From NCBI GenBank assembly GCA_965262915.1, contig OZ253564.1, positions 3,232,001-3,296,000 on the forward strand: 64,000 nt of DNA. The letters run 5' to 3'. The translations under genes and the position numbers were made by a program. Source of the stretch: Candidatus Spongiisociaceae bacterium. GTDB lineage: Bacteria; Actinomycetota; Acidimicrobiia; Spongiisociales; Spongiisociaceae. Positions 9,330-19,999 of this stretch are shown in pieces. The notes under the pieces are model-generated. The model worked only from the letters and a program-made list of their open reading frames with translations, was not told the origin of the DNA and searched no databases. How positions within the stretch are numbered: position 1 is the first letter of the stretch; every line of letters starts with the position of its first letter.

Positions 9330-10211
9330 CTAGGCGACGAAGACCATTGGCTCGGAGCCCGCTACTCCGACATCGTACGCGTAGAGGTCGCCCGAGCCCT
9401 TGACCGGGACTCCTCCCTCAATCGAACGCGCCGTCGTGACGACGAGGGTCGACCTGTCGGGCCCTGCGAACGTCACGGCGGTCACATTGGGAACCGGGAG
9501 ACGTATCCGGAGATCGAGTCTCCCATCCGGGTCGTAGCGACGTACTTCGCCCACACCCCAGAAGGCGATCCAGAGCCCACCGCCGCCATCGAGCGCCACT
9601 CCATCGGGGAGTCCATCGTCAGCGCAGAACTCCAGGAATACGTTCTCGTCCAGACGACCGCCCACAGGGTCCCACACGTCACGGCGAACGACATATTCGA
9701 ACGTGTCCACGTGAAAGAAGCTGCTCGCATCCGGGAGCCACGCAATCCCGTTCGACAAGGTGTAGCCGGCGCCTACCGCACCGACGGTCGTGCCGTCGAA
9801 TCTCCAGAGCGAACCGGCGAGCGGTGTTCTCGATCGCGTGGTAGTGCCGAACCAGAAGGACCCCGCCGGATCGCAAGCGCCGTCGTTGGTTACCGAATCG
9901 GGACCTTCACCCCTCAACGCCACGTTCGACAGCACGGACCCCGAACGATCGATCATTCCCACACCGTCACCGAGTGCAGCGACATACTCGCCAGGATTAG
10001 CGCTGAGACCGATGGCGGTGCACCTAACCGGTAACGACCGGCGTCTGTGTTTCCCGGTCCGCCAGTCCAGCGTGTTGAGAGCCGAGGACTCGTGAGCATC
10101 GATCCATACGACCTCCTCGGTTCGCGGGTCCCAGACCGGCGATTCCCCGAGCATGTCGCCCGACGCCACGAGCCGCCGCACGTCACCCCCAGCCGACAGC
10201 ACCGCCGTCAT
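9330..10211 (-). CDS. SMP-30/gluconolactonase/LRE family lactonase
   Basis: LGESPVWD, NDGACDPAG, SNGIAW, PDGVALD, FAGPDRSTLVVTTAR. Confidence 0.93.
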   Translation of the reverse strand: MTAVLSAGGDVRRLVASGDMLGESPVWDPRTEEVVWIDAHESSALNTLDWRTGKHRRRSLPVRCTAIGLSANPGEYVAALGDGVGMIDRSGSVLSNVALRGEGPDSVTNDGACDPAGSFWFGTTTRSRTPLAGSLWRFDGTTVGAVGAGYTLSNGIAWLPDASSFFHVDTFEYVVRRDVWDPVGGRLDENVFLEFCADDGLPDGVALDGGGGLWIAFWGVGEVRRYDPDGRLDLRIRLPVPNVTAVTFAGPDRSTLVVTTARSIEGGVPVKGSGDLYAYDVGVAGSEPMVFVA

Positions 10212-10275
10212 AGCGGCTCCCTCTTCATCGCGGGCTTCCAGTCCTGCTCGGAACCGCTCGGGTGCATCTGACAGG

Positions 10276-11055
10276 TCAGTAGTTGCTCCATCCGCCGTCG
10301 ACGGTGATGACCTGTCCGGTGATGAAGTCGCCGGCGGCACTGGCCAGGAACTGACAGGTCGCCGCGATGTCGTCGGGCATCCCCCGCCACGGAAGCGACT
10401 GCACCTGCTGCATCCACGCCAGAGTGGTGGCGGGGTCGCCGCCCTCCTCGCGCTCACGCTCCACCATGATGGCGCCGGGGACGACGCAGTTGACCCGGAT
10501 GCCGTTGGCACCCTCTGCCCGGGCAAGGGATCGAGTGAACGCCACCAGACCCCCCTTCGTAGTGACATAGTGCAGAGCTCTCGGATCGCCGATGTTGGCC
10601 ATCACCGAACCAACCGTGATGATCTTGCCATATGCCCGCCGCCGCATCCCCTCCACGGCGTGGAGCGCAAGGACAAACGATCCCCGCAGGTTTACCGCCA
10701 TCATCTGGTCCCACTGATCGACCGTGATCTCGTCCCACGGAACCTTGGCGGTATCGGCGGCGTTGGCTATCACGGTGTCAACACCCGGAGCGAACCAGGA
10801 ATCCGCCAACATCACGGCTTCGGCCATCTGATCGCCGTCAGCAGCATCGGCGACGATCGGCAGCATACGATCCTCCCCCAACTCCGTCACCAAAGCCGCC
10901 GCAAGCCGCTCGTTGCGTTCCGTCCCTCGATGCGTGATGGCTACCCTCGCCCCGGACGCTACAAACCGCCGGGCTACTGCGGCGCCGATCCCCCGCGTGG
11001 CGCCCGTCACCAGCGCCACGCGACCCTCCAGCGAGAAATCGGCATCGCCTCTCAA
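10276..11055 (-). CDS. SDR oxidoreductase (2)
   Basis: TGATRGIG, HYVTTKGG, FITGQVITVDGG. Confidence 0.93.
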   Translation of the reverse strand: MRGDADFSLEGRVALVTGATRGIGAAVARRFVASGARVAITHRGTERNERLAAALVTELGEDRMLPIVADAADGDQMAEAVMLADSWFAPGVDTVIANAADTAKVPWDEITVDQWDQMMAVNLRGSFVLALHAVEGMRRRAYGKIITVGSVMANIGDPRALHYVTTKGGLVAFTRSLARAEGANGIRVNCVVPGAIMVEREREEGGDPATTLAWMQQVQSLPWRGMPDDIAATCQFLASAAGDFITGQVITVDGGWSNY

Positions 11056-11626
11056 AGAGACCTCCGGTCGGTCTTCTCAAACGCAAGTCGCCGCTCGGTC
11101 GGAACGTACCAGCCTTTTGGAGCACGCAATCGGTTCATGCAATCGGAGTAGGAGTAGCAGGTCAGAGCGATCACGTTGACGAACGATACGCCTCACTTGC
11201 GCTCGAAGTACGACTTGTCGCCGTAGTTGTCGGTGAGGATGGGTGCGCTTCCGATAGAGGTTGGCGACGCCGAACGTCCGGAGTCGTAACGAATCGTGGT
11301 TTCCACCCGGTACGTCTCGGCGGCCAAGTTTGCACACGTTCCGGACTCTCGCGGTGATAGTTAGAGTCCGCCGGGGCGGAGGAAGGGAGTACGGGATGGC
11401 AGACAACACCGGGGACAACTCGCCCGAGCTACCCGGCTCGGACTGTGACAATGATCCTTCTCCTACGGCCGGCATCGGGGGACCAGAGTGTCGACGCCAG
11501 TCCTGAGACTCCCCGGTCAAGCAGGATCTACAGCCCGAGGACTTCGTCGGCGCGGTTCTCCTCCCCTCAGACAGCCCAGGCGTATTTCCAGGTGAAGCTC
11601 AGCCTCCGTTCGGCACAGGATATGCG

Positions 11627-12871
11627 GTGAACGACCGTCTCAGCGTCCGCGACGTTCGCGTGCTCTCTGTTCAAGACCCCGGAATCCCCGTATCGCCCCT
11701 CGTCGATGTCGAGATCACCCACGGGCGGATCGTCTCGATCACACCGAGCGCCGACACCCGCCCGGGCAGCATCAACGGCCGTGGCCGGTTCCTCTTGCCC
11801 GGTCTCGTGAACGCCCACGACCACCTGTACTCGAAAGAGCTCCGCAACCCGACGACCGGCAACGACCTGAGGACGATGCGCCGGCTCATCGATCACCGCG
11901 ACGAGGCCCTGACCGTTGCCGTCATGATCCGCAACGCATGGGCCGAGATGGCCGAGGGTGTCCTCGTCGTAAGAGATCTCGGCGGCCGCCACGGTCTGAA
12001 CACCCGTGTAGCCGAAATCTTCTCGCGTCGCGTGGTACCGGGTCCGCTGTTGGTGGCGGCAGGCCGACCGATCGTCATGACGGGAGGGCATGTATCGAGC
12101 TTCGGTAGAGAGGCGGACGGCCCCGATGAGTGTCGCAAGGCGGTCAGAGAGCAACGGAGGGCCGGGGCCAGGGTCATCAAGATCATGGCCTCCGGTGGGC
12201 TCTCGAACTTCCCGCACGAAGACTACGGCGTGCCCGAATACTCCCCGGAGGAGCTCACCGCGATCACCCACGAGGCGCACAAACTCGGCCTTCCGACGTG
12301 CGCCCATGCGTTCGGCGCCGATGCGGTGGAAGGTGCAGTTCGCGCTGGAGTCGACTCAGTCGAACACGGTGTCCGGCTGACCGACAAAGTGCTCGAGATG
12401 ATGGTAAGCAGGGGAACGAGTTACGTCCCGACCATGGCGAACATGCAGCGGATAGCGTCCCCGGCAATGAACACCGCGCCGGGTACTTCAGAACGGGTCG
12501 AGCTGTTTGTAAGAGAAATCCTGGCTCCGCACCGCGATTCTGTGCGCTCTGCGATGGCGGCTGGCATCAAGATCGGTATTGGCACCGACAGCACCGGTAC
12601 GTTTCGAGAAGAGATCACTGCTCTGCGCGACATCGGAATGCCTCCGGAGCAAATCATCCGGGCGGCAACATGTGATGGCGCGGCGATCTGCGGCACAGAC
12701 GCAGGCATCATCGCAGAGGGACGACCGGCACTCTTCGGTCTCTACGCGTCCGACCCACGCAACGACGTTGCGACTCTCGTCGAGCCGACTGCCGTGTTCG
12801 TGTGGGACCGCCTCTACGAAAAGGATGCCCTCGTTGCAATGACCGGACCCGAGTTCGATGGGAGACCCTAA
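11627..12871 (+). CDS. Amidohydrolase family protein (prolidase-like subgroup)
   Basis: PGLVNAHDH, RDLGG, IKIMASGG, AHA, SVEHG, GTDS. Confidence 0.9.
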   Translation: MNDRLSVRDVRVLSVQDPGIPVSPLVDVEITHGRIVSITPSADTRPGSINGRGRFLLPGLVNAHDHLYSKELRNPTTGNDLRTMRRLIDHRDEALTVAVMIRNAWAEMAEGVLVVRDLGGRHGLNTRVAEIFSRRVVPGPLLVAAGRPIVMTGGHVSSFGREADGPDECRKAVREQRRAGARVIKIMASGGLSNFPHEDYGVPEYSPEELTAITHEAHKLGLPTCAHAFGADAVEGAVRAGVDSVEHGVRLTDKVLEMMVSRGTSYVPTMANMQRIASPAMNTAPGTSERVELFVREILAPHRDSVRSAMAAGIKIGIGTDSTGTFREEITALRDIGMPPEQIIRAATCDGAAICGTDAGIIAEGRPALFGLYASDPRNDVATLVEPTAVFVWDRLYEKDALVAMTGPEFDGRP

Positions 12872-12986
12872 AAGGACCGCATCTCGGACAGGAGAGTGCC
12901 GGTGCTGGTTGGTAGGTTTGGACCGGTTGGGCTGACCGGCGGCGACAGACCTCCTCTTCGGATAACCGGAGGCGGGTACCGATATC

Positions 12987-13946
12987 ATGCCCGGCATGAA
13001 GCTCGCCTCCGTCCTGACGCCCCTGTCCGACGAGAACCTACGCATTGCGGCGCAGACCGGCGTCGAGGAGATCGTCGCTCGCTGCCCGAGAACCGATCTG
13101 TCCCGGCTAGACGCGATCAAGGCCAGGATCGAGTCCTTCGGGATGCGGCTCGGCGTCGTCGAGGGCGGACTGCCCATCAGCGCGATCAAACTCGGCACCG
13201 ACGACGGCACCGAGCTCGACCGGATGAAGGCTCTGGTGCGGCGCCTCGGCATGATGGGCGTGCCGATCGTCTGTTACAACTTCATGGCGGGCACGGACTG
13301 GATCCGTACCAGCATCGACGCACTCGAGCGCGGCGGATCGAAGGTCACCGCCTTCGATCGGAGCCGGCTCGCCAGCGCCCGGATACCAGGTCGTGAGCCC
13401 TACGACCGCGCTCTGGAGCCGGGGGTTCGGCGGGACGATCTCTGGAGGAACCTCGAGGCGTTCCTCACCGAGATCATCCCTGTGGCCCAGGAGACGGGTG
13501 TCATCTTGGCCATGCACCCCGACGATCCCCCCTTGCCCGAACTCCTCGGCAACGACCGGATCATGTGGGACGTCGAGGGGTTCGAGCGGCTCGTCTCGCT
13601 GGTGCCGAGCCCTTCGAATGCCATCGCGTTCTGCCAGGGCACCTTCTCGGAGATGGGCGTCGACATACCGGCCGCCATCCGCCGTCTGGGCCATCACATC
13701 GCCTACGTCCACTTCCGCGATGTGCGGGGCACTGCCGAGTCGTTCACCGAGACCTGGCAGGACAACGGACAGACCGACATGGTCGAGGCGATGCGGGCCT
13801 ATCACGAGGTCGGCTTCTCGGGCCCCATGCGGCCCGACCACGTACCTCAGATGGTCGGCGAGAAGGGCATCCCCGGGTACACCATGCTCGGTCGCCTCTA
13901 CGCGTACGGCTACATCCGCGGCCTCATCCAGGCGACCTCCCCCTGA
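12987..13946 (+). CDS. uxuA: Mannonate dehydratase-family enzyme
   Basis: VCYNFM, HPDDPP, FCQG, HFRDVRG, RPDHVP, GRLYAYGYIRGL. Confidence 0.85.
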   Translation: MPGMKLASVLTPLSDENLRIAAQTGVEEIVARCPRTDLSRLDAIKARIESFGMRLGVVEGGLPISAIKLGTDDGTELDRMKALVRRLGMMGVPIVCYNFMAGTDWIRTSIDALERGGSKVTAFDRSRLASARIPGREPYDRALEPGVRRDDLWRNLEAFLTEIIPVAQETGVILAMHPDDPPLPELLGNDRIMWDVEGFERLVSLVPSPSNAIAFCQGTFSEMGVDIPAAIRRLGHHIAYVHFRDVRGTAESFTETWQDNGQTDMVEAMRAYHEVGFSGPMRPDHVPQMVGEKGIPGYTMLGRLYAYGYIRGLIQATSP

Positions 13947-13956
13947 GCCTGCTCCC

Positions 13957-15231
13957 CTATCCGGCCGTGAACGCCGACATCGCCCGACCCACGCGGTCGA
14001 GAGTCTCGTCCACATCGGCATCGGTGTGGGCCGTAGACACGTACCAGATCCCACGGCCCGTCACCCACACGCCGTGCTCGACAAGCACCCTGCTGAACAC
14101 CGCATAGCGGTCGAGGTCGAGGCGTTGCAGGTCGGCCAATGACCGCACCGGTCCCTCTCCGAAGCCGACGTGGAACGCCATGGGCGGGCCCTGAACGTTC
14201 ATCTCCAGGCCGTGATCGCTCGCCAGCCTTCGCAGGCCGTCCTGTAGCCGGCCACCGATTGCGCCGAGCCGTCCGTAGGGCGGATCTTCCACCAGGACCC
14301 GGAGCGTGGCAGCGGTCGCCGCGCACGCCATCACGGAGGCGTTGAACGTCCCTGAGTGGTTGACCATGGCAGTCCCGAGCGGATCGAGGATCTCGGATCT
14401 CCCGGCGAACGCGGCCACCGGCCACCCGCCCGCCATCGCCTTGCCATAGGTGGCGAGATCGGGAGTCACCCCGTATCGCTCGGCTGCTCCGCCGAGGGCC
14501 ACACGGAAGCCGCCGATCACCTCGTCGAAGATCAACACCACCCCGTGCCGGTCGCACTCCGCACGCACGCCCTCCAAGTACCCCGGGCCCGGCTCGATGG
14601 CGCCTGCATTGAGCATCACCGGCTCCATGATCACGGCCGCGATCTCTGCGGATCGGGTGGCGAGCACCTCCTCGACCGCATCCAGATCGTTCCACGGAAC
14701 CATGATCGAGTCGTCGAGATGGCTTGCCATCTGACCCCCGCTCACCGGAACGGCCGAGCCGTCGGCGCCGACACCGGCGAGAACGTTGTCGACCCAGCCG
14801 TGGTAGTGGCCGGCGAACCTGACGAAGAGACACCGACCGGTGTATGACCTCGCCGCCCGGAGAGCCGCCTGCACCGCCTCGGTTCCGGTCATGGCGAACC
14901 GCACCCGATCAGCCCACCGGATCGCCGACAGCATCCGTTCGGCGGCCTCGATCTCCAGCTGGTGCTGCGCCCCGTACACCATCCCCCTACGGCAAGCCGC
15001 GTCCACCGCGTCGAGGACAGCGTCAGGGGCGTGACCGAGGAAGTTGGGACCCTGCCCGAGGAGGTAATCGATGTACTCGTTGCCGTCCACATCGACAAGC
15101 CGCGAGCCCTTGGCGTGGCTCAAGAAGACCTGGGGTCCCGTCAGCCGGACGTTCGAGTGCACACCGCCCGGCGTGAGGTTTCGAGCATGTCGGGCCAGCT
15201 CGCCCGAGCGGGTGGTGGAGTAATCGAGCAT
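13957..15231 (-). CDS. Class III PLP aminotransferase (GSA aminomutase-like)
   Basis: PGGVHS, DVDGNEYIDY, LIFDEVI, PDLATYGKAMAGG, HSGTFNA. Confidence 0.9.
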   Translation of the reverse strand: MLDYSTTRSGELARHARNLTPGGVHSNVRLTGPQVFLSHAKGSRLVDVDGNEYIDYLLGQGPNFLGHAPDAVLDAVDAACRRGMVYGAQHQLEIEAAERMLSAIRWADRVRFAMTGTEAVQAALRAARSYTGRCLFVRFAGHYHGWVDNVLAGVGADGSAVPVSGGQMASHLDDSIMVPWNDLDAVEEVLATRSAEIAAVIMEPVMLNAGAIEPGPGYLEGVRAECDRHGVVLIFDEVIGGFRVALGGAAERYGVTPDLATYGKAMAGGWPVAAFAGRSEILDPLGTAMVNHSGTFNASVMACAATAATLRVLVEDPPYGRLGAIGGRLQDGLRRLASDHGLEMNVQGPPMAFHVGFGEGPVRSLADLQRLDLDRYAVFSRVLVEHGVWVTGRGIWYVSTAHTDADVDETLDRVGRAMSAFTAG

Positions 15232-15361
15232 CTCGTCCCATCTGTTCGCAGTGCGACAGTTTATTTCACCATGCGAATCCAAACCGGCGGGCGACCTCAC
15301 AGCAACATCCGCTCCACCTACGCTACGACTCGTCCACGTATCGGACGATTAGAGGTGCGCC

Positions 15362-16942
15362 ATGTTCGATGTCGTTATTCGCAACGCTACGCTCGTCGAC
15401 GGGACCGGGGCACCCGCCCGACCCGCCGACGTCGGGATCTCCGGCGACCGGATCGAGGTGATCGGATCGCTCCCGGAGGACATCGAGGCGCGGACGATGA
15501 TCGACGCCGCCGGCAAGGTGCTCTGCCCCGGATTCGTCGACATCCACACCCATTCGGACCTGAGCCTGGTCGCAGACGGGGCCGGCGAGAGTAAGATCCT
15601 CCAGGGCGTCACCACAGAGGTCGTCGGTAACTGCTCGTTCGCCGCCTTCCCGATCGAGCCATCCCGGCTCGATCTGCACGCCGACCACCTGGCCCGGGCC
15701 ACCACCGCCATCACTCCCTGGTGGACCGATCTCGACGGGTATGCCGACGCCCTTCACGAAGAAGGGCTTGCCATCAATGTCGCCCCCCTGGCCGGTCACG
15801 GCACTCTGCGAGTGGCGGCGATGGGCGTCGACCAGCGCCCGCCGACAAGCGACGAGTTGACCCGGATGGAACGGGACCTCACCGTCGCCCTCGACCAGGG
15901 TGCCTTCGGGATGAGCACAGGCCTGACCCACGTTCCCAGCGCCTACGCCGCCTTCGACGAAGTGGCGGCGTTAGCAAGGGTGCTCGCCTCACGAGGAGCC
16001 CTCTACGCTACCCACTCCCGGATGAGCGGTACCTTCGAACGCGGGTCGGTCGGCGAGGCCATCGACCTCGGCCGCGAGACCGGTGTGACGGTGGAGTTCA
16101 GCCACCTCGCCATCAACAACCCGAGCCGCTGGGGCACCGGAACCGAATTGGTCGAGTTGTTCGACGAGGCAAGGGAATCCGGTATCGATATCTTCTTCGA
16201 CGTGTACCCCTACCACGCGTCATCGTCGTCGCTCACCCAGTACCTGCCGCCCTGGTTGCAGGCAGGCGGCACCGAGGCGATGCGGAGCCGTCTCGCAGAC
16301 CCGGTCACCCGCCACCGGGCCCTCGACGACATGACCGAGGGCTGGTTCGGCGGCATCCCCTGGCTGTGGGACCGCTTCGTGATCAGCGACTCGTCGGACG
16401 GGTACGGAGTTGCGAAGTCTCTCGAGGGGCTCGCCTACGAGACTGGTGTCGACCCTTACGAGTTGACCCTCCAACTGTGCGAGCGATACGGTAACGGGCT
16501 GCAGGTCGTCCTGTTCTATCGAACCGAAGAAGACGTCCAAGCTTTCCTCGCCCACCCGCTGGCCGTGGTGGGGTCCGACGGTAATGCCGTCCCGATCCAC
16601 CAGCCCCAGGCCCGCCCGCACCCGCGCAACTTCGGGACGTTCCCCCGAGTCCTCGGCAGGTATACGCGGGAGAAAGGCATCCTCTCGCTGGAGGAGGCCG
16701 TCCGGAAGATGTCCGCCGAACCTGCGAGGCGGCTCGGACTGACCAACCGTGGGGTGGTCCGGAAAGGCGCCATCGCCGACATCGTCGTCTTCGACCCGGA
16801 GACGGTGATCGACACCACCGACTTCGGCCAGATCCCTGCAGCGCCCATCGGCATCGAGATCGTGGTCGTGTCGGGGACGGTGATGGTCGACGACGGCGTC
16901 ATCTCGACCGACCGGCCGGGACACGTGCTGCGGTGGGTCTGA
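15362..16942 (+). CDS. N-acyl-D-amino acid deacylase (D-aminoacylase)
   Basis: PGFVDIHTHSD, GVTTEVVGNC, DVYPY, GSDG, PHPRNFGTFPRVLG. Confidence 0.93.
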   Translation: MFDVVIRNATLVDGTGAPARPADVGISGDRIEVIGSLPEDIEARTMIDAAGKVLCPGFVDIHTHSDLSLVADGAGESKILQGVTTEVVGNCSFAAFPIEPSRLDLHADHLARATTAITPWWTDLDGYADALHEEGLAINVAPLAGHGTLRVAAMGVDQRPPTSDELTRMERDLTVALDQGAFGMSTGLTHVPSAYAAFDEVAALARVLASRGALYATHSRMSGTFERGSVGEAIDLGRETGVTVEFSHLAINNPSRWGTGTELVELFDEARESGIDIFFDVYPYHASSSSLTQYLPPWLQAGGTEAMRSRLADPVTRHRALDDMTEGWFGGIPWLWDRFVISDSSDGYGVAKSLEGLAYETGVDPYELTLQLCERYGNGLQVVLFYRTEEDVQAFLAHPLAVVGSDGNAVPIHQPQARPHPRNFGTFPRVLGRYTREKGILSLEEAVRKMSAEPARRLGLTNRGVVRKGAIADIVVFDPETVIDTTDFGQIPAAPIGIEIVVVSGTVMVDDGVISTDRPGHVLRWV

Positions 16943-17155
16943 CCGCTCCGGCGGCTCCGGTCAGTGGCCGGCGGCCTGCCAGGTTGTTGATGTCCTGCAG
17001 GCCGCCACGAGACGGGCCCCGGACCATGAACCACTGACGCCGGCGACAAGAACCAGGAGGTACGGTGTCGACAACGAGGAGTGTGTGGATAGGGTGACCT
17101 GGAACCTCGACGAAGACGGCTACCCGTACCGGACGTTGTTCCCCGGCGGCCCTGA

Positions 17156-17944
17156 GTGAACACGGCCGACCCGTTCGACCTGACCGGTAAGGTGGCCCTG
17201 GTAACAGGCGGCGGCACCCACCTGGGGCGAGCCATGGCCGAGACGCTCGCGGCCCACGGCGCCCACACCGTCATTGTCGGGCGTCGCGTCGAGGTCCTCG
17301 ACCAGGCAATCAAGCGTATTCGAGCCCAGGGCTCGATCTGCGAGGCGATGGTGATGGACATCACCGATGCCAACGAGGTCCACAATGTGACCCGTAGGAT
17401 CTCTGACACAGTGGGCCCGATCGACATCGCTGTCTGCAGTGCCGGCGCATCCGGCGAGAACCGTTATCCACCCCACTCCGACCTCGATGCTGTCCGCTCT
17501 ACGTTTGAGTCGCATCTGCTCGGGACCGTGACGACGGCCAACGCCGCCGCCCGCCAGATGATGGGCCGAGGGGGCGCCATCATCACCGTGTCATCGGTGC
17601 ACGGGTCGCTCGCCGCGGATCCTCGCCTCTACGAGGGACTCGCTATGAGCCAGCGGTCCAGCCTCGCCTACCAGGTCGCCAAGGCCGCGATCATCGGGCT
17701 CACCCGTAACCTTGCCGCCGAGTTGGGACGGTCGGGCATCCGCGTCAACTGCATCAGCCCCGGGCACATCCCCACGGACTCCGCCGACCCGGAGTTCGTC
17801 GCCCGGGTCGTCGACCGCAACGCACTCGGTATCGTCGGACGACCCGACGACCTCAAGGGGGCGGTTCTGTTGCTCGCGTCCGACGCAGGTCGGTTCATAA
17901 CCGGCCATAACCTCGTCATCGACGGGGGCTGGTCTATCTGGTAG
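17156..17944 (+). CDS. SDR oxidoreductase (3)
   Basis: FDLTGKVALVTGGGTHLG, YQVAK, ITGHNLVIDGGWSIW. Confidence 0.92.
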   Translation: MNTADPFDLTGKVALVTGGGTHLGRAMAETLAAHGAHTVIVGRRVEVLDQAIKRIRAQGSICEAMVMDITDANEVHNVTRRISDTVGPIDIAVCSAGASGENRYPPHSDLDAVRSTFESHLLGTVTTANAAARQMMGRGGAIITVSSVHGSLAADPRLYEGLAMSQRSSLAYQVAKAAIIGLTRNLAAELGRSGIRVNCISPGHIPTDSADPEFVARVVDRNALGIVGRPDDLKGAVLLLASDAGRFITGHNLVIDGGWSIW

Positions 17945-18393
17945 CCGATCACCCACAACATTCAGTGGCCGGTGGCCATTTGCCGGGTTAGGACCGTGAA
18001 CAGGGACCCCGGGTCCCTTACCAGTGGTTGGCGGCGACCGGGACAGTATTTCGATGGTTCCCGGCGTGTAGGACCAGATCGTCAGGTAGCGACGCAGACC
18101 CTTGTCGGTCATCGATGCACGACGGGGGACGACCCAGCGAAAGCCGATCAGTCGTGTTCTGCCCCGAACCGGCAAGGAAGGACGGTTGATCAACAGACTC
18201 GTGCCCTCGCTACGCTCAAGAAGACCCGGCGGTGGTCAGTCGGAAACGACAACCTCACCGATCACCGACCGCTGGTGCTGCTCACTTGTTCAGGCCTCAG
18301 CCGCTGATTGCCCCGACACATCGCTTCATCGGCCACCGGCCACTCGCGCCTGGCAAACACCGACCCGCTAACCCTGATCGAGAAAGGATCACG

Positions 18394-19872
18394 ATGAGAA
18401 TCGCAGCCCTCGGGCTCAGCCACGAATCGAACACATATGCACCGGTTCCCGCAACCCTCGACCGGTGGCTGGCCGCCGATCCGGTCGAGGGCGACGCCCT
18501 GGTGGCCAAGTTCGCCGAGTCCCAGGCGACCCTGGGCGGCTACCTGGAGCTCGCTTCCGAGCCCGGCATCGAGATCGTCCCACTCATCTTCTTCAGCCTG
18601 ACGCCGATGGGCCCGATGACCATCGAGGCGTTCGAGACCCTCGTCGGACGCCTCCTCGCCGACCTCGAGCAGCACGGACCGTGGGATGCCGTCCTCCTCG
18701 CCCTGCACGGCGCGGCTGTCTCGGAGGAGTACCGGGACGCCGACGGCGAGATCCTCAGACGGGTCCGTGCCCTCGTCGGACCCGACATCCCCATCGGTGT
18801 CTCGCTGGACATGCACGCCAACATCTCCCAGGCGATGGTCGACCACTCCACCGTCGTGAATACCTACATGACCAACCCGCACCTGGACGCCCGGCTACGG
18901 GCGCGTCTGGCAGCCGAACTCACCGTCCAAACCGTCCGCGAGAAGATCCGCCCCGTCATGTCCCTCGAGAAGCCACCGCTGGCCGTCAACATCCTTCGTC
19001 AAGGGACCGACGACTCCCCCATGCGCGAGATCGTCGCCTTCGCCCACGAGCAGGCGACACGGCCCGGAGTCCTGTCGGTGGGCGTCGCAGAAGGCTTCCC
19101 GTACGCCGATGTGGAGGAGATGGGAATGGCCTTCCTCGCCGTCACCGACGGCGACCCCGCCCTGGCGGCCGAGGTGGCGAGGGCGGTGGCCGACGAGGCG
19201 TGGAAGGTCCGCCTCGAGCTGAATGGCGACGGCGTGGCGATCGAAGAGGCCCTGCGAAGCGCTGCCGACGCCGACCGACGCCCCGTCGTTCTTCTCGACG
19301 TGGGCGACAATGTGGGCGGAGGAAGCCCCGGCGACTCCACCCATGCCCTCGCCGCGGCCCAGCGCCTCGGGATCGGAGGCCTGTTCCAGTCGTTGTGCGA
19401 CGCTGAAGCGGTCGAAGCGTGCAAAACGGCGGGCCTCGGTACGACGGTCCATCTCGAGGTCGGCGGCAAGACCGACGACCTCCATGGCAAGCCCGTCTCG
19501 ATCACCGGCACGGTGCGAATGCTCGACGAGGGGAAGTTCGAGGATCCGGGCGCCACTCACGGAGGCTTCCGCTTCTACGACAGCGGCCACCGGGCTGTGG
19601 TCCATACCACCGATGACCACACGCTGCTGATCGACAGCCTGCCGCTGGGGAACACGAGCCTTCAGCAGCTGATCAGCGCCGGGATCGACCCGTTGACCCA
19701 GCCCATAATCGTCGCCAAGGGCGTCCACTCCCCGCGGGCCGCGTTCGAGCCGATCGCCGCCGAGCTGATCTGGATGAACACACCCGGTTGCACAGGCGCC
19801 GACCTGAGCGGGCTTGTGTACGAGCACCGCCGCCGACCGATGTACCCATTCGAGGATGATGCCCGCTACTGA
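18394..19872 (+). CDS. MlrC / M81 metallopeptidase family (2)
   Basis: HESNTY, LALHGA, SLDMHAN, YMTNPH, DVGDNVGGGSPGD, RRPMYPFE. Confidence 0.92.
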   Translation: MRIAALGLSHESNTYAPVPATLDRWLAADPVEGDALVAKFAESQATLGGYLELASEPGIEIVPLIFFSLTPMGPMTIEAFETLVGRLLADLEQHGPWDAVLLALHGAAVSEEYRDADGEILRRVRALVGPDIPIGVSLDMHANISQAMVDHSTVVNTYMTNPHLDARLRARLAAELTVQTVREKIRPVMSLEKPPLAVNILRQGTDDSPMREIVAFAHEQATRPGVLSVGVAEGFPYADVEEMGMAFLAVTDGDPALAAEVARAVADEAWKVRLELNGDGVAIEEALRSAADADRRPVVLLDVGDNVGGGSPGDSTHALAAAQRLGIGGLFQSLCDAEAVEACKTAGLGTTVHLEVGGKTDDLHGKPVSITGTVRMLDEGKFEDPGATHGGFRFYDSGHRAVVHTTDDHTLLIDSLPLGNTSLQQLISAGIDPLTQPIIVAKGVHSPRAAFEPIAAELIWMNTPGCTGADLSGLVYEHRRRPMYPFEDDARY

Positions 19873-19999
19873 GTCCCGCATCCAGGAACACCGACGACAA
19901 CCCGAGCGGAAGGGACGTTTCCTGAAGACACACCATCCGGATCCCACCTTCACGGCGCGCTCGAAGCACAGCTCAGGCCCGGCGATGAGGCGGCGACCC

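Noticed and set aside
7188-10034. 948-aa + strand ORF
   Set aside because: Antisense to the SDR, MlrC and SMP-30 genes; H/R/P-rich with no domain motifs.
6251-11143. Shared TTCATGCAA 9-mer upstream of the SBP and SDR 2 genes
   Set aside because: Only two short imperfect occurrences, not enough to call an operator.
13957-15231. hemL assignment
   Set aside because: Same family, but the context is catabolic with no tetrapyrrole genes, so no symbol was given.
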